Shown here piece by piece: positions 28,401-42,285 of a stretch of 64,000 bases of DNA (positions within the stretch are counted from its first letter, which is position 1; every line of letters starts with the position of its first letter). The stretch lies in assembly GCA_023515725.1 (NCBI GenBank), contig JALDTO010000247.1, positions 124,001 to 188,000 on the forward strand. The letters run 5' to 3'. The DNA comes from Amoeboaphelidium protococcarum X5 (taxonomy: Eukaryota; Fungi; Aphelidiomycota). A program made the position numbers and the translations under genes. Under the pieces are notes generated by a model. The model was not told the origin of the DNA, did not search any database, and saw nothing but the letters and a program-made list of their open reading frames with translations.

Positions 28401-29905
28401 CGTTGGTTCTTAATGGTATCTTTGGGAATCTATGGGAACTTATTCCATTTCATGAGAGGATCGTGTCCAGTCTGATTGCAAAGAAGGAGAAAGACCCGTA
28501 GTCGGCTACATCACAAATGGATGAGTTATTTACGGTTGTTAATGATGCATAGTTTGAGAACGCTTACATTAAGTATTGCTCTAATTAGCATAGCTCTTAG
28601 CGCACACTGTCCACATTGTTGAAAGAGTCTGAGGCTTTTAGGAGCGCATTAAAGAAGAATGAATAGGCGCTGAAAGGCTCACGGTTATCTGTAGCTGATA
28701 TTTTGATACAGCCAATGCACAGGATCACGCGTTATCCTATTCTGCTTCGACGTTTGTAAGCGAGTACTCCTTCCAGTCATCCTGACTTTACAGTAATTCA
28801 GTAGACGTCGGATAAGATTGAAAGCATTGCACATCACATCAATTAGGTGGTTCATGAGAAAGAAGCAGAGTATAAATTGTAACAATTGCAGTAAGGACTT
28901 GATTTGAATAATCTCGCTGATAACTTTGAATTGATTGTTGATGGTAGGCAGTTTGTTGGGGAGAAACCGGTTAAGTACATGAAGAAAAACGGATTGGTTG
29001 ATGCTTTGCTGGTTATACTTTCTGATATGTTGTTGTTAGTCTAGACGGGTATGAAGAAGGATGTCGCTACGTATGTGTTACAAAGGAGTCCGATATATTT
29101 TGATAGGCTGATGTCATTGGACGCTTAGAGTTTAAATGATTCTACCTCCAATAAGCTGGCAATATCACTGTTCTCCATTGATGCATATGAGTGCACTGTA
29201 CATTTACTGTCAATGACAGATAAGCTGAACCTTCTAAAAGAGATATGGTCAAATAAAGTTGCTTTCATTGCTAGTGGATAGTTGCGTTTACACAAGCGAT
29301 AATTGAATTTCCTTGAGAAGGCATCCAATGAAAGTCAGTAGAGTTTAATAGGCTCAGGTGAAGACGATATTTTATATTCATTGATCAAAGGCAACGTGGT
29401 TGTAAAGTAGTCCCAAAACCCTAATAGACGGTCGTAAATGTCTGCTAAAAAGACTCAACGTCAATCGTTGAGTTAGATTGATGATTTGGTGTAAAGTACT
29501 TCAGCTTATTCAGCAGCAAGAGTTGGCACTTTGCCTAGAGGAGACACCTCACTTAATCAGTCTCTGGATTAGAAGTCTGTGCGATCGCTCGCGTCTGGAG
29601 ATTCCAATTCAAACGATACGAGATCCATTGACTCCCACTCCACTATGTCATAGACCACGCAGTAGTCGTTTTTGTCTTCATATAAGAATGGCGGAATATC
29701 TTCGCAGCAGATTTTTGAGTAAAATCAGTAGAAATCATAGCAAAAATAGTAGTAATAGTAGTAGGCTGATGTAACGAAAGTCAAGTCGTAAAAAGGTGGC
29801 CTCATCGCCGAGTATCTCACTGCTAACAAGTTGGTGCGAAGTCTCTCAATAAGCAGTAAGTAGAGACCGGATATCCAAAAATCTTCTTCAACCAATGAGA
29901 ATTGA
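25496..29905 (+). CDS. Multidomain RhoGEF (RGS-like, C1, HR1-like, RA-like, DH, PH), ~1469 aa
   Basis: DH: KRRAILDEFIDMESGY...LSVADILIQPMHRITRYPILL; C1: HPF..CEYC..CEICQYVAHKNC..C; RGS-like: LWFFLSDLRQYR..KLAQKLYDLYL; one frame to TGA 29903-29905. Confidence 0.85.
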
Positions 29906-30064
29906 TCTTAGTTGTGGTGAGTGCGTTGACGATGATGATGATGATGATGTTTTAATGAAGTTTGAATGTAATTTTATCGAGTGAGATTTATTTCTACTCA
30001 CTTTACCTTAATCCGCGTGTTTCAACTCACTTTTGTTATAAAGGCGATAGAAATACAAATTTTT

Positions 30065-30889
30065 ATGTAACTAGACGCTATAAAACTTATAATGAACTTG
30101 CCAGAGGTTCGAATCAACATCGCTGATCCTTAGCATGAAGACGTCATTCAAAGTTTGATAAATGTAGCCAAGATTCAAGATTGTATCGTCGCCGTGGTAA
30201 ATTCGCTAAGGCCGTTCGGTTACGGCCAATAATCCATGGACCATGTCAGACCGGTAAAAAGAATTAATTTGGACGTTGAATATCAAGCGAATGGACCGCC
30301 TGCCTTTGTAGTTCATCAGGATGAAGAAAAGACTGTATTTAAGTTGATGTTAAATGCTAATTATGTCCTATAAGTTTAGAACAGATTTGAATCTGCTGCT
30401 TCGGCTACTAAAACTGAATCTGCGACTGTAACTTCCACGGTCGCTCCAACTAAGAGCATCTTATCTAAGATACCGGGCATAGACCCGCATTAAGAGCTGG
30501 TATATGAAGTTATCGGCGTTATATGTCATGAACTAACTCATGTATTCCAGTGGGATGGGCGCGATAATTCCAAAGATGATGCCGCTGAGTGGTGGTTCAT
30601 CGAGGGGATCGCCGACTATGTTAGACTCCAGGTGAATTATGCCGCCCGCCACTGGTGCGAAGATCAGTGCAGACGTGAGCACAACGGCTATGCAAAAGGA
30701 TACTAGAATGCTGGCTACTTTTTCAAGTGGTTGAATGAGAAATTCAAGTCGGACCTGGTTTAGAGGTGGAATGCTAATCTAATGGCTGTCGGCTGGAAGG
30801 AGTCATTTCCAATTGAAATTTCATAAGGCGGTGGATTAGAATAATTACACCAGGAGTATTGCACCCAAGTTGCACCTAGAGATGACTGA
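30065..30889 (+). CDS. BSP/PBSP-family (basic secretory protein) zinc-peptidase-like protein, ~274 aa
   Basis: EVIGVICHELTHVFQWDG (HExxH), FIEGIADYVRL, KGY(Q)NAGYFFKWL. Confidence 0.85.
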
Positions 30890-31080
30890 AATGTCGACTT
30901 TATGTCTAGATACTTATAATTATATTTAGATGTTTAAACCAATTATAAGTTGATGCTACATTGATCCCTTTTGACGACATCTGAGCCCCTTGTGAGCGTT
31001 CACTTTTCAAATTCATCTGACATCTTTCGGACTCTTTATTAACGATTACCAAAATAAAACACGAACAGTAGTATTGTACC

Positions 31081-32910
31081 ATGTAAGATATTAAAGTGCT
31101 GTATGGAAGTCAGACTGGTACCGCTTAAGACTTTGCGTATAGAGTGTCACGCATCTTGAGCGGTAAAACTGAATACCTTATCCCCGTGCTGCCAATGAAT
31201 TCGTATCCTGTGGAAAAGCTATAAAATAGTCAAGTTTTGGTTTTCGTATGCTCCACCACCGGCCAAGGATAAGAGCCAGACAATATGGTCTAGTTCTGGA
31301 GGCATCTGCTGAAGAAGAAGCACGGCGCCGAGTATTTACAACGCGTTCAATTTGCTGTATTTGGCCTTGGAGATTCCAGTTACGAATAATTCAATTTCGC
31401 GGCGAAGAAATTAGATCGGCGGCTGAGTCAGCTCGGCGCGTCAAGACTGTTGGAGCGTGGCGAGGGCGATGAGTAACACGATCTAGGATACTTTGCCGTA
31501 TCGGAGCTGTGGTTATAATAGTTGATCAGTAAGCTGGGTCTTAATAATTCAATGGTCACTCTCGATCTATCGGAAACTTTATTTGCGCCCAAATTTGACA
31601 TTTAGTTGATAACTTCTGGTGAAAGTATTGATCTCAAATGGGAAGGCCCGTAAGTCAATGTCACAAAGTTAAAATCGTTCGGTGATACTGATGATCAACT
31701 GAATGTAAATGAAATGGATCGCCATTGCATTGACGCCACCGTACTGAGTTCTTTTAGACTCACCGCTACTGATCATTTTTAGGACATTAGGCAGATTGAC
31801 TTATAATGCAATATGGTGGATGAGAGTTGTTCGTATTCTGCAGGAGATGTACTGGCAGTATGGCCGAAAAACAACGCGTATAAAGTGTAGTAGTTATTGG
31901 ATTTACTAGGATGGAATTAGATAGCAGATGAGAATATACGTGTTTGTTAGAATGGCACTGTGGTGATGACAAGCACATCTCTGAGAGAATTGCTAACTTT
32001 GTACCTGGAGCCATTCTCCACTCCGAAATCGCACTCCTCTCTATTCTATTATCTCAGTCATTTCACGAGCAATGCTGAGAAAAAGGCAAAACTGTAAGAA
32101 TTCGCATTCATCTAGAAGCAGACTAGCTCTTGGAACCCATCTGAGATTTTACAAGATATTTATGCCTATCTTTACCGCCCACGGAGAACTATTGAGGAAA
32201 TTATTGTTGATTTTGAAGTATCGGTTCCTCCATCTTTTGTATTTGAAATCTTCCCACAGATGGTGAAAAGAGAGTTTTCTATATGCTCTTATCCTTAGTC
32301 AAATTCTGATCATAATCGTGTAAGTATCTGTGTTGGTGTTATTGATTATAAGACAGTTTTGAAAAGCAGACGTCTGGGGATTGGATCTAATTATTTAGCA
32401 CAGTTGTAGCGTGGCGACAGTATGCAGGTGGAGTTGAAGAAGGGTTCTCTGCTCATCGACTGGTCTTAGAGCAGTCCGTTGATACTCATTGGTCCCGGGT
32501 TGGGAATTGCTCCTTTGCGATCTATATGGTAGTAAAATATAGCATTAGGTAATAAGCGAGACATTTATCTATTTACTGGCTGCAGAGTCAAAGGCAGCGA
32601 CGATATCTACCAGGACGAGTTGCAATAGTTGCAAGATCAAGGTGCAATTAGATTTATGCGTGCATACTCGCGATAGATTTAAGGCGCCAAGTTTTACGTT
32701 CAAGACTTGATGAGACAATAATCTCAGTTGATACAGAAATTAGTCGTTAAGGATGGGGCCAATGTAATTTTGTGTGGTAATGCTAAACGCATGCCTTCAG
32801 ACGTTGAAAACGCGCTCTCAGATATTTTAGGAGATGTTGTAGAGGAACCTATTCAATACTTGAGGTAGATGAAGTCGAACAAACGGCTTCAGATTGAGAC
32901 TTGGTCATGA
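31081..32910 (+). CDS. TAH18: NADPH-dependent diflavin oxidoreductase NDOR1/Tah18, ~609 aa
   Basis: VLYGSQTGTA(Q)DFA, STTGQG, FGLGDSSY, GPGLGIAPLRS, ends LQIETWS-TGA. Confidence 0.95.
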
Positions 32911-33306
32911 ATGCGTAGTCGAAGATGAATGAACTCTGTTTTGTCACTAAAATACATTATACACTCTCAGATACTACATTTCTCTTCTTTAATCGTGATC
33001 TGCGAACCTTGTTGATCCTGCGATAGTCTTAGCGCGATCTAAGTTCATTAAATAGCCGTTAAATGCTAAGATACTTTTTGCTCTAGCCTATTCTCAAGCT
33101 TCAACGTACTCAATGCGCCCTGAAAGCAAAAAGATATTTCACGCCGCAATGGAATTTAAAAATTGTTTAAACTGATTATTGCCCCTGAACTGATCGATTG
33201 CGCTTGTCATAATACAAGCTACTGCTGCGCCTCTATTCTCATAGATCAGCTTCCTCTCTTTATTACTTCTATAATCAAGTCACTCTTAAAATTCATTTAT
33301 GTCATT

Positions 33307-35145
33307 ATGACTTGGCGAAACTATCTGATAGCGTTAATATTGGCAATATAAAGCCTTCAAAGCGAATCATTCCACTATAAAATTAGAGATGCTCTTGGAG
33401 AAATCCACCCTGGCAATGTTCGTTAAGGCGATGCGTGTAAACCGTACGGCAGGGAGTAATGTGTCGCTGCTACAATGAATGTTTATGCTTAAATGGTTCC
33501 ATTCGCAGTCCAAGGTAGAAATAATATATTTAAATTGAAAGTGAGGGAATCTGGCCGCCTCGTTGATTTGCCATTCGTGTTACGCGCTATTCCATTGAAG
33601 CACAGTTTGAGGATTAATCATCAGGTGGATGAAGTCGTGATTGAAAATGCTTTCACAGAGATGCAGCTTAAATCTAAGCATGTCAAGTCATTGTCAATAG
33701 TTGATTATTATCTGTGCAATTTAGAGGCTATGATGGAGGTATTATGTGTAGATTGTGATCCCGCTCTTCATCGTCAGGGAAGCGCTGCCGCACTACTCAG
33801 AATGCATAGTTCATCTAATGATAGAGATGGCCAAAATAGTTGTTAATCTCGCTCCAGCTCCTATTTGACCCATCAGATCGTGATTGAGGGGAATGTGTAT
33901 GATCGTGATTAGAGACTTGATATTGTGTTGTCTAACAAGGTGCAGGATGCACTCGAGAATGTTTAATCTGTCGATTCTGTGGCAGCTTATGTTCAAAGGA
34001 TTATGAAATTCACCATCCGTTATATGTACGATGCGAGAAATGCATTAAGATATTATCATAACGATTTGGTCCCATCCAAATTGCTAGTCGTTAATTAATA
34101 GGTATAACGAGGAAGTGGACTGCGTAATTCTCAGCTTCCAAGAGTGAAATCAACTCTGGAATCCGTTATGGAATATGAAAATGAGATGTCTGCTGAGTAA
34201 GACTACCAAGTCACCGATAATCCTTCAGATAATGGTGAGGAATAGAGTTATGAGATTCTTAAGATTTTTGGAAATTAGAACGCGACATTTCAAAGTTAGC
34301 CGGGATACATGCTCTTTCATTATGGTCCTCCGTTATTTTGGGAGATGTATAGACGTGAAGCGCTGGAGGAGTACAACTTTCGATATTTTATCGCTGGTAT
34401 GATTGCGATGCTCAGCTGCAACGGTGGCGCGTCCCCCTTTGATTTTGAAATCTATTACGCCGATAAAGATTATATGCCAGAGGTTAACTCTGCACTGTAC
34501 AATTGTTTTGCGGCGGATGCTTCCAAGTGGGAGAAGTACAATTTTCTGGAACGATATCAACACTCTGATCCTATGGGTGCTCTCAAATTGTAGAACTTTT
34601 TATAGGATGTATTTCCTGGTAAGCTCCGTGTGAAAAGCCTTTTCCAAGGAATGCAAGATTAGTGGGAGAAGTTCTCTTTGGAGTCCTTCTTAGGTATTAA
34701 GAACGAAGAGCATAAAGATTTGGGTGACGAGTAAGTTGAGGATTACGATGCAATGTGGACTCCCGTCTTACATTATGGTCTAATGTCTTTTGCAATTACC
34801 CCTTACCATATCGCCAATTAACTGAACCATTTTAGAATGCAACTACAGAGCGAATAATACAGAAAGTCTGCGATAGAAAGTACGCGATACAGAGTTGCCC
34901 CAAAGTATCACGACTTGTTCATTCTTGAACATCGTTCTCTGTTATGTTCGTATGATCTCAAGTCATTTAAGAAGGGACCTCTGCGAGAATATTTGGATTC
35001 TTTGAAAGGGCACAGGCGAGATGAGCTTACGATGAGAGCGTGGAAGTGTGAACTGCAGAGAATGTCGACGCCGTTCTATGGTCAGTAAGATAGTAAAGTG
35101 TACTCCTACGAATAACTGCTGAAATCCTTCTACTTGAAGTCTTGA
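33307..35145 (+). CDS. Secreted orphan protein, ~612 aa
   Basis: Signal-peptide-like MTWRNYLIALILAI(Q)SL; ORF-track fragments share a frame; TGA at 35143-35145; no recognised domain. Confidence 0.7.
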
Positions 35146-36230
35146 CTAATTGAGATCGTACAATAATAAAATATAAAATAAGTTTATAGACTATCTATAT
35201 ACTTTCTATTAGATCCGCTTTGAATTGTCTTGGGTTGAGACTTTCACCCATAGCCTTTGCCGTGAAGTCAAGTCGCGTTTCTTGAGTCGCCATCTGTTTC
35301 AGTTCAGGACAGGTCACAGACGCTTTAATAAAACTTACAGTACTAACTGATAATTGTGCAGCATAGTATGATTAGCAGCTAAACTATTTTTGTATACCTC
35401 CGGTTCTTGTGTACCACTGCTGCATTTCTAACACTAATTGAATAGGCGATTATACACATGGTAAACTGTCCATCTTACTCATCTGCTTACTCTTGAAGTT
35501 CTCATGTAGACCACGCTCACGTAAGTTTTGTATCATGACCGTTCAAGCTTGATTAATAAATATTGAGCTGTAAAGTAGAGATTAAGAGAGAGCTTTGATT
35601 ATAGTGAAACTTAGTCTGTCCTCACTATCAATGTTCTTGATGCTCACTGGGAAGACTTTACTAAGCCGAAAAATTAATATTATTGGTAAGATATGTACAA
35701 CGATGAAATATCAGAATGTATGATTAGAGTAATAATTTAAATCGTAATATGTAGAAATTGTGTGCTCTAGCGCTGCCACGGTACTGTACAATTTGTTCAC
35801 GGTGTTTCATTGGGATTTTGACACGTAATTACTCATCATGCTGACCACGCAGTAAGCTTATCTTCCTCATTGTATATCAAGTATGCTATATAATAAATGC
35901 AAATGACAAAGTCTGTATGTAGAGGCATTCCGTCAGTGGTGGAAATTCTACTAATTACGTAAAGGATATTGAAACGGGGCTACGTAATTAGAATATGAAT
36001 GTTTCATCATACTCTCCTTTCAGCTCTCTCTCTCTCTTTCTCTCTCACCTTTTGTAGTTTCAATTCTCTTAGAGAATCCCCTACCGTGAATCAAGAATCT
36101 ATCATCATAATAGCTCTCTCTCTCTATTGTTCTTTCGTTTCTTTTGTATTGAAGATTTGCCGTGTATTGATTGATCTAATCTTCACGCGTTTAGGCTAAC
36201 AAAGATAGATTTATATATAAGAATTCAAAT

Positions 36231-36488
36231 ATGGACAATTTTGATTTACTCTCTGAAGATTCCTGGACATCAGAAGATGAGAGATAGTGGTAGTAGGAGA
36301 AGCGGTAGATGGTGAGAACGGTCCGTTAGCTTATCCCATACGTGTCTAAATTGATTGGAAGCATCATTGGAGGGAAGCTGGTGCACAACTTTGGAGTTTT
36401 TGCTATAAGTCGCGTCATTAGTAGCTCACAATATGCTTATAATTACGCTTCCAATGCTTTTGAAGGATTTTACGCTTGTATTTGTTGA
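36231..36488 (+). CDS. Small protein resembling mitochondrial import factor Mim2, 85 aa
   Basis: Acidic N-terminus, then EDERQWQQEKRQM..LIPYVSKLIGSIIG, like the Mim2 pattern (acidic, W..Q, P..gK..G). Missed by the ORF track because of TAG codons. Confidence 0.55.
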
Positions 36489-36640
36489 TATCATAGATAG
36501 AATGTATATTGGTTCATCCGCTGTCTCTTTTATCTTTTCCGCCTTGAATATTCTCGCGTTATTTTTTCAATCTTTCTCTCTCTGCTGTATTTCTTTCGCA
36601 TTTTTCAAAGAACTCCTACAAAAACTGATAGCAAGTAACT

Positions 36641-38872
36641 ATGAAGAGATCTGATCAAGATGGTGGAAATGCTAGGACACGGAAAAGAGCAAAGTTGAAT
36701 GAACTAAGAAGAATGGATGTACCACGTCATTTGTAGTAGGAAGTTGCATCTAATTCGGGTGACCAGACGTCCATCGATATCAATTAGTTTATACGCGCTA
36801 GAATCCATGAGGTGAAAACAATGAGTAATGTCCTCTTGAATACTAATACCATGGTGGGAAAGTAATTATTTCAAATGATACCGAGATATCTCAGGCGTAG
36901 GACTCGTAGTCATAAGCGGTTGGGCTCACAGTCTCTACGGCGCGTAAGCTAGGTGATGGGATACGACAAGATTGGTTAAGAGTCCACCACTGGATAAAAG
37001 TAGTAAAAATAGTATTAGAAGAAAGATTCATAATCTGGAAAGTCTAATGACGCGTCTCTGGAGTCCTCTTAATCATTAGCAGGAGTAGTGTAAAAGACTT
37101 AAAAGCGCACCAGATGGAAAGTGAACAGAAAGTTGCGTCGCGTTTATCGTTAGAGGCGTGGTGAGTATTCTGATTCCACAATTATGCGATTATAAACTCA
37201 TCTGTGGCATGCTAAGCGGTTTAAGATGGAGAATGTGCCCGTCGTACTTGATGATAGTTCAAGTGATGGCGTTTAGTATTTCAGAGTTCCCGTCACTCCT
37301 AATGAGAAGATACATCGCAAATCATATAGAACTATGCATAAATCTGGGTGCTCTTTGTAAGATGCTTCATTCTTACAGTAGATCTGCATATACTCTGTAG
37401 ATGATACTATCTCTGAAGCGGGCTTGGTAAAGCAAATCAGTGATTGCCTAAAACCTCATTTGGATCCATCTCTGCTATCTATAAAGACGTAGAATCGTCT
37501 AATTAAGTAGCGACTTTATCGGTAGTATCCAATCCAAGCCATCTGTCCCGTGGAATGTTTATGGTAGAAGTAACTGCTTAATTAACACTCTGATGACCGG
37601 AAGAGTAATCAGACAAAGTTTGTACTCTATATCTATGTCCCTTTTCAAGTGATAAAGTCCGCTGTCAAATTGATATCTGGTTGCCTTGAAGGTACTGATT
37701 TTAGAGCCATTATCAGTTCTGCTAATTGTCGATTTGATTTAACTGGCCCTAAATGTATTGATAAGCTTTTGCATGTTATGCCCCAACTGGTCTAGCTTGA
37801 CGTTAATGGAGGAGATGAGGAGCGAGTTCAGATCGATTTGCCTAATATGGTACAGATTCCATTAGATAGTAAAGATATTGATATTTTCAAGAAAGTGAAG
37901 CGCCAGAAAGTTGAAGTTTAGCCACCTAAGACTAATATCAACCAGCAGCCTTTCACCTCATTTGTTGAGTTTAACAAGCAGCGTGAATCTTATGAATTAT
38001 TAACAATCTGTAAAAGATGCTCTTCGTTTGATGGAAATGGTGGAAACATTGAGCATTACACCTTAATTGTTCCTAGAGCAATTGCTTATAAACTCTGGAT
38101 AGCTCTGGTTTATAGTGGATGTCTGGTTATTGGACTAAAGTAGCGATTGCATTTTTGCTTTGAGAATGATATACACGATGATATTCTCGCATTTCCCCAC
38201 AGGCAGTATATGTACCCAGCATTCAAACATTATAATGACTTGGATGTATCTCGTTAAAAATAGAAATATGATGCGACTCCTCCAGGTAAAAGATTATCTA
38301 GTTTGGAAGCTCTTGATCGCTTTAGGCCGTACTCAGTCTCTTCCGAAGTTATTGAGGTTATTGGAGAAGATGTCAACTTGGATATTGGCAGTGATAGTCT
38401 ATATCCTGATATTACTGTCTAACCATGGACTTTAACAGGTCCATTTTGGGAATGTGAACTACTTTAGTTATCGCGCGTTGCAGACAATATGTTTGAATCA
38501 GCTAGCCAAGTGGTAAAACGACGAGTCTGGTAAATCGGAAGTAATTTGGCGTTTGACAATATTGCAATGAATTACTGTGTGATTCCAGTGAAGGTTATTT
38601 GCAATGAAGGACGAAGTATTCCATACAATGCAGAGATATTTGATAATGGTGATCAAGATCTGCTGAGACCTATTGGACGCGTCATTTACAGTGATTACAC
38701 CTTCAAGTTTGGTAGAATCAAGGCGCATGCTTATATTCATGTGGACCGACTTGCAATGTTTATTAGACGTAAGAGATGTCCGGTACGTATTAAGATTGGT
38801 CCAAATCGATGTGCTTCCGGTAGTATGATGGCCTTAGACACAAAATACAGAGAAGGCAGTAAATAATAGTGA
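36641..38872 (+). CDS. POP1: RNase P/MRP subunit POP1, ~743 aa
   Basis: FIRARIHEV, LFQMIPRYLRRRTRSHK, LQTHLWHAKRFKM; ends AAA TAA TAG TGA. Confidence 0.9.
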
Positions 38873-38924
38873 GATAAAATGATCATATATATTGTGCACA
38901 TGAATATCTTTATATATCAATCAG

Positions 38925-39659
38925 TCAGTAATTATTACAAGACAATCTTCCCACATACCACCCTTTAACGGGCCGGCCGCGATTGTTTTAATTAGGAACG
39001 TTAGATTAGTGATTTGTAGTAAAACCATTTAATATTGTTAGAACAGGCAAATCAGGTGCACCGCGCGGTTTCCATTGCAGAGGTGGCAATTTGATATCTT
39101 CAATATCCCACTTATATCGACTAATCCCATTGATAGTCTTTTCGTCATCTTCCGCTGTCTCTTCTTTACTGTTGACATCATAATCATCTATAGACATCCA
39201 GCCATGATGAACATAGTCGACTCCAAACACATTAACACGCTTGAACGATTAAGCCAATTGCATTTGTTACTGCATAGACGCGGAGATTCGTTCCATATCA
39301 TTATCGATATGAGTATCACATTCATCGATAAGGCTTTTGATTTAATTATGTATGAGATCATTGTCCTCAGCATCGGGAAGAGGATCAGCGACTGAAACTG
39401 GCGGATTCTAAAGAGGAACGATAGACTAGAACCTTGGAGGATTCCCCATTGCTGCAGTCTTTTATATAGCCAAGTAGGACTTAAAATCATCATTGCTTTA
39501 CTTTTACTTAGATTAAACCGAATTATCGTTGACCTATCTAGGCGAAATCAATTACCCAAATTTGAACGTGTTACTTTGGTATTAAGGCGAGTAATTATCC
39601 TGGGCCGCTGATTGTGGATGAAACACGGCTCCATTGTAGATCATTTTGACACTGTGCAT
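38925..39659 (-). CDS. Hypothetical protein ~244 aa (alternative start 39644)
   Basis: Open frame under TAR=Gln that includes ORF-track fragment 39006..39230; no recognised domain. Confidence 0.55.
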
Positions 39660-40594
39660 TACCGGGAAATCAATCTATAACTTTATATATTCAATGTGTG
39701 TTTATTAATGGAGGCTATTATCTATCTAAACAAAATTAGCCTTATCAATTAGGTTTGATAAGAGACTTTAAAGCTGGCCACAGTACAAGCGTAGTGAGGA
39801 CAACACTATAAATAGAGCTCTTAACAACCATGATGTTCCTTCTACAACCTCTGTCGATCATTCTCATCATCACTACAGGTATCCATGCTATGTTTTTTTT
39901 TCGAATTTCAACAAATAAATTTCATCAAATTTTCATTAAATAAATCCCTTTATTCTTCACCTCTGTCTCATCGTCATGAATACTTACTTACTCTGTTAGA
40001 TGTATTGACGGTTTCTCAGGTTATGAAGATTGAGTCGTTCGCCTGTGGCTGATCAAAGGGTCCGCCTCTGTTGACACGATTCTTCTGAGAAGAGTTTTGG
40101 GGGGATTTTTGAAGAGTGAATTTGAGTAATTGAATATAATATTATCTGGAAATAGTGTTTTCCATGACTGACAAATATGTCTATTGGAACGGTGATTCCC
40201 GTGTCTCTGCCAGTACTAATTGTAAAAGCAGCCCACGTAACAAACTCACTCTATCACGATATCTTGGCTCTCTTGCAATAAGGAAACACAAACAAGTTTC
40301 ATGAACATTTATGAGCCTACTGTGCGCTCAAAACCAGTCAGATGATAAGACTAGACATTATCGACAGTATTTTCATGTTTCAGATTGAAGTACTACTAGT
40401 TCTTCCATCATACAATGACATCTTGTACGAAGCATCATCGCAAATGGTTGAATTCCGAGTGCCGTCGATCGCGCCGTCTTTCATAAATCTCGCGAGATCC
40501 GCGCCGTTGATTTTCTCTTTGATCTTCTCCCTTAGATTAAAGCTTTGCAGACCATATATTTAGAATTGATCAAAATAAAAACATCATCAATATT

Positions 40595-42285
40595 ATGGCA
40601 AGCGGGTAGAGCTAAGATTAAAAGAAGCCGTCATATCTGACACCTTAGAGAATTGAGCGGCTATTCAAGTCTATAGACACCGAGAACAAGGGCTTCATCA
40701 ATTACGAGTCTATAATTGCGAATGCGTACTCACCTGCAAACACTGAGGAGGATCCAGAGTCTCGCAGTAGGAAGAAGAAGAGAAAGTTTAGGGAAACGTA
40801 TGCCTTGGAGCTGATTAAATAGTGTGATTAGAGAGTCGGCGGAGTTATAAAGTATGCGGATTTTGAAAAGTTTGTCACTGATAAGGAGATGGAGTTGTGG
40901 CGGTAGTTCACTTCGCTGGACAGTAGCGGTGATGGAGAACTGGGCCGTGATGAGGTGGCCACCGCTCTCCATTAGGCTGGCGTCAAGTTGAATGAACTCG
41001 AGCTTACTGAATTCATGAAGCATGTGGATACTGACAACAATGGTAAGTCGTAGATATAATACTATTTTTTAAAGTCTAAATTTAATTAATGTGATTTTAA
41101 CATGTAGGTAAAATATCATTTGAAGAGTGGGCAGAGTTTCTAATGTTTTTACCTCGCCAGGCGAATATGAAGAATGTCTATGACTATTATTAGAATATGG
41201 TGCATTAGACTGATTCGCTTGATCCTATATTGCTTCCAGAAGAGATGAAAGCTGATAAGACTACCTTTAAGTACCTGGTAGCCGGTGCTATCGCTGGATG
41301 TTTTAGTAGGACATGCACTGCACCATTGGATAGATTGCGCGTGCTCTTGCAGGTGGAGATGCAGAATTAGACCAACACTGAGCCGCTTGGTACTCAGCAT
41401 AGAGGTGCCTCTGTGATAAATAGAACTAGGTATAATCTGGCCAACACTTGGAGCGTGTGTAAGCGCGTTTATGTTGACGGAGGTTTATTAGCTTTCTGGA
41501 CAGGTAATGGAGTTAATATTCTGAAGATCATTCCAGAGTCCGCCGTGAGGTTCTATGTCTATGAACGAGCTAAACGGTATATGGTGTCTGTGAGGAAGCC
41601 CGTGGCGCCCATCAGTGCTGATGGTGGTAATAAGAATAAGACTTCTGCAACAGGGGGTAATAGAGCCGAACTTAAAGTGGCTCCGCCAGAGATTACAACC
41701 AAAGAGAGAATGGCCGCTGGTGGAATCGCTGGATTCGCTTCACAATCTTTCATATATCCACTAGATACAATAAAGACCAGGATCATGGTGGAGATGTAAA
41801 CGATGTAGAACAGAGGAGTCGCCAGTCGTATAAGTGCGCTAAAAGTGGCTAAATAAATGTATCAGAAAGAGGGAATCAGGTCCTTCTTTCGTGGTATCGG
41901 TCCATCACTGGTTGGTATTGTACCTTACGCATCAATAGATTTGACTGCATATGAAACTTTAAAGAATCAATACATCAAGCACTCTGGTCAGAAGTAGCCA
42001 AGTCCGACGGTTCATCTTATTTGCGGTGCTTGTGCTGGTGCTCTTAGCTGCGCTGTGGTATATCCGCTCGGTCTGATTAGAACCAGACTGCAGGCTCAAG
42101 GTACGGCAACTCACGCGATAAAGTATGAGCGAGGCACTGTGGACGTCATACGTGTGACATATGCGAGAGAGGGACTCAAAGGTTTCTACAAGGGCCTCAT
42201 ACCATCTCTGGTAAAAGTTGTTCCCGCCGTATCGCTCTCCTACATTTGCTACGAACAAGCGAAAAAGCAGCTCAACATACTTTAA
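40595..42285 (+). CDS. SAL1: Ca2+-binding mitochondrial ATP-Mg/Pi carrier (SCaMC/Sal1), intron 41043-41107; appears to end at TAA 42283-42285
   Basis: EF-hands (DTENKG, DSSGDG, DTDNNG) plus carrier repeats ([31 protein letters not shown]); C-terminus [17 protein letters not shown]. Confidence 0.92.

Noticed and set aside
30065-30889. Horizontal transfer of a plant BSP gene from an algal host
   Set aside because: BSP/PBSP domains are widespread in fungi and bacteria; nothing in the sequence supports transfer without a phylogeny.
35150-35540. Minus-strand open frame from an ATG near 35537
   Set aside because: No recognisable motif, and it runs into the convergent gene; long frames arise by chance when TGA is the only stop.
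39980-40130. U1 snRNA (ATACTTAC start, ATTTTTG Sm-like site)
   Set aside because: It lacks ACTTACCTG and the U1-70K and U1A loop sequences.
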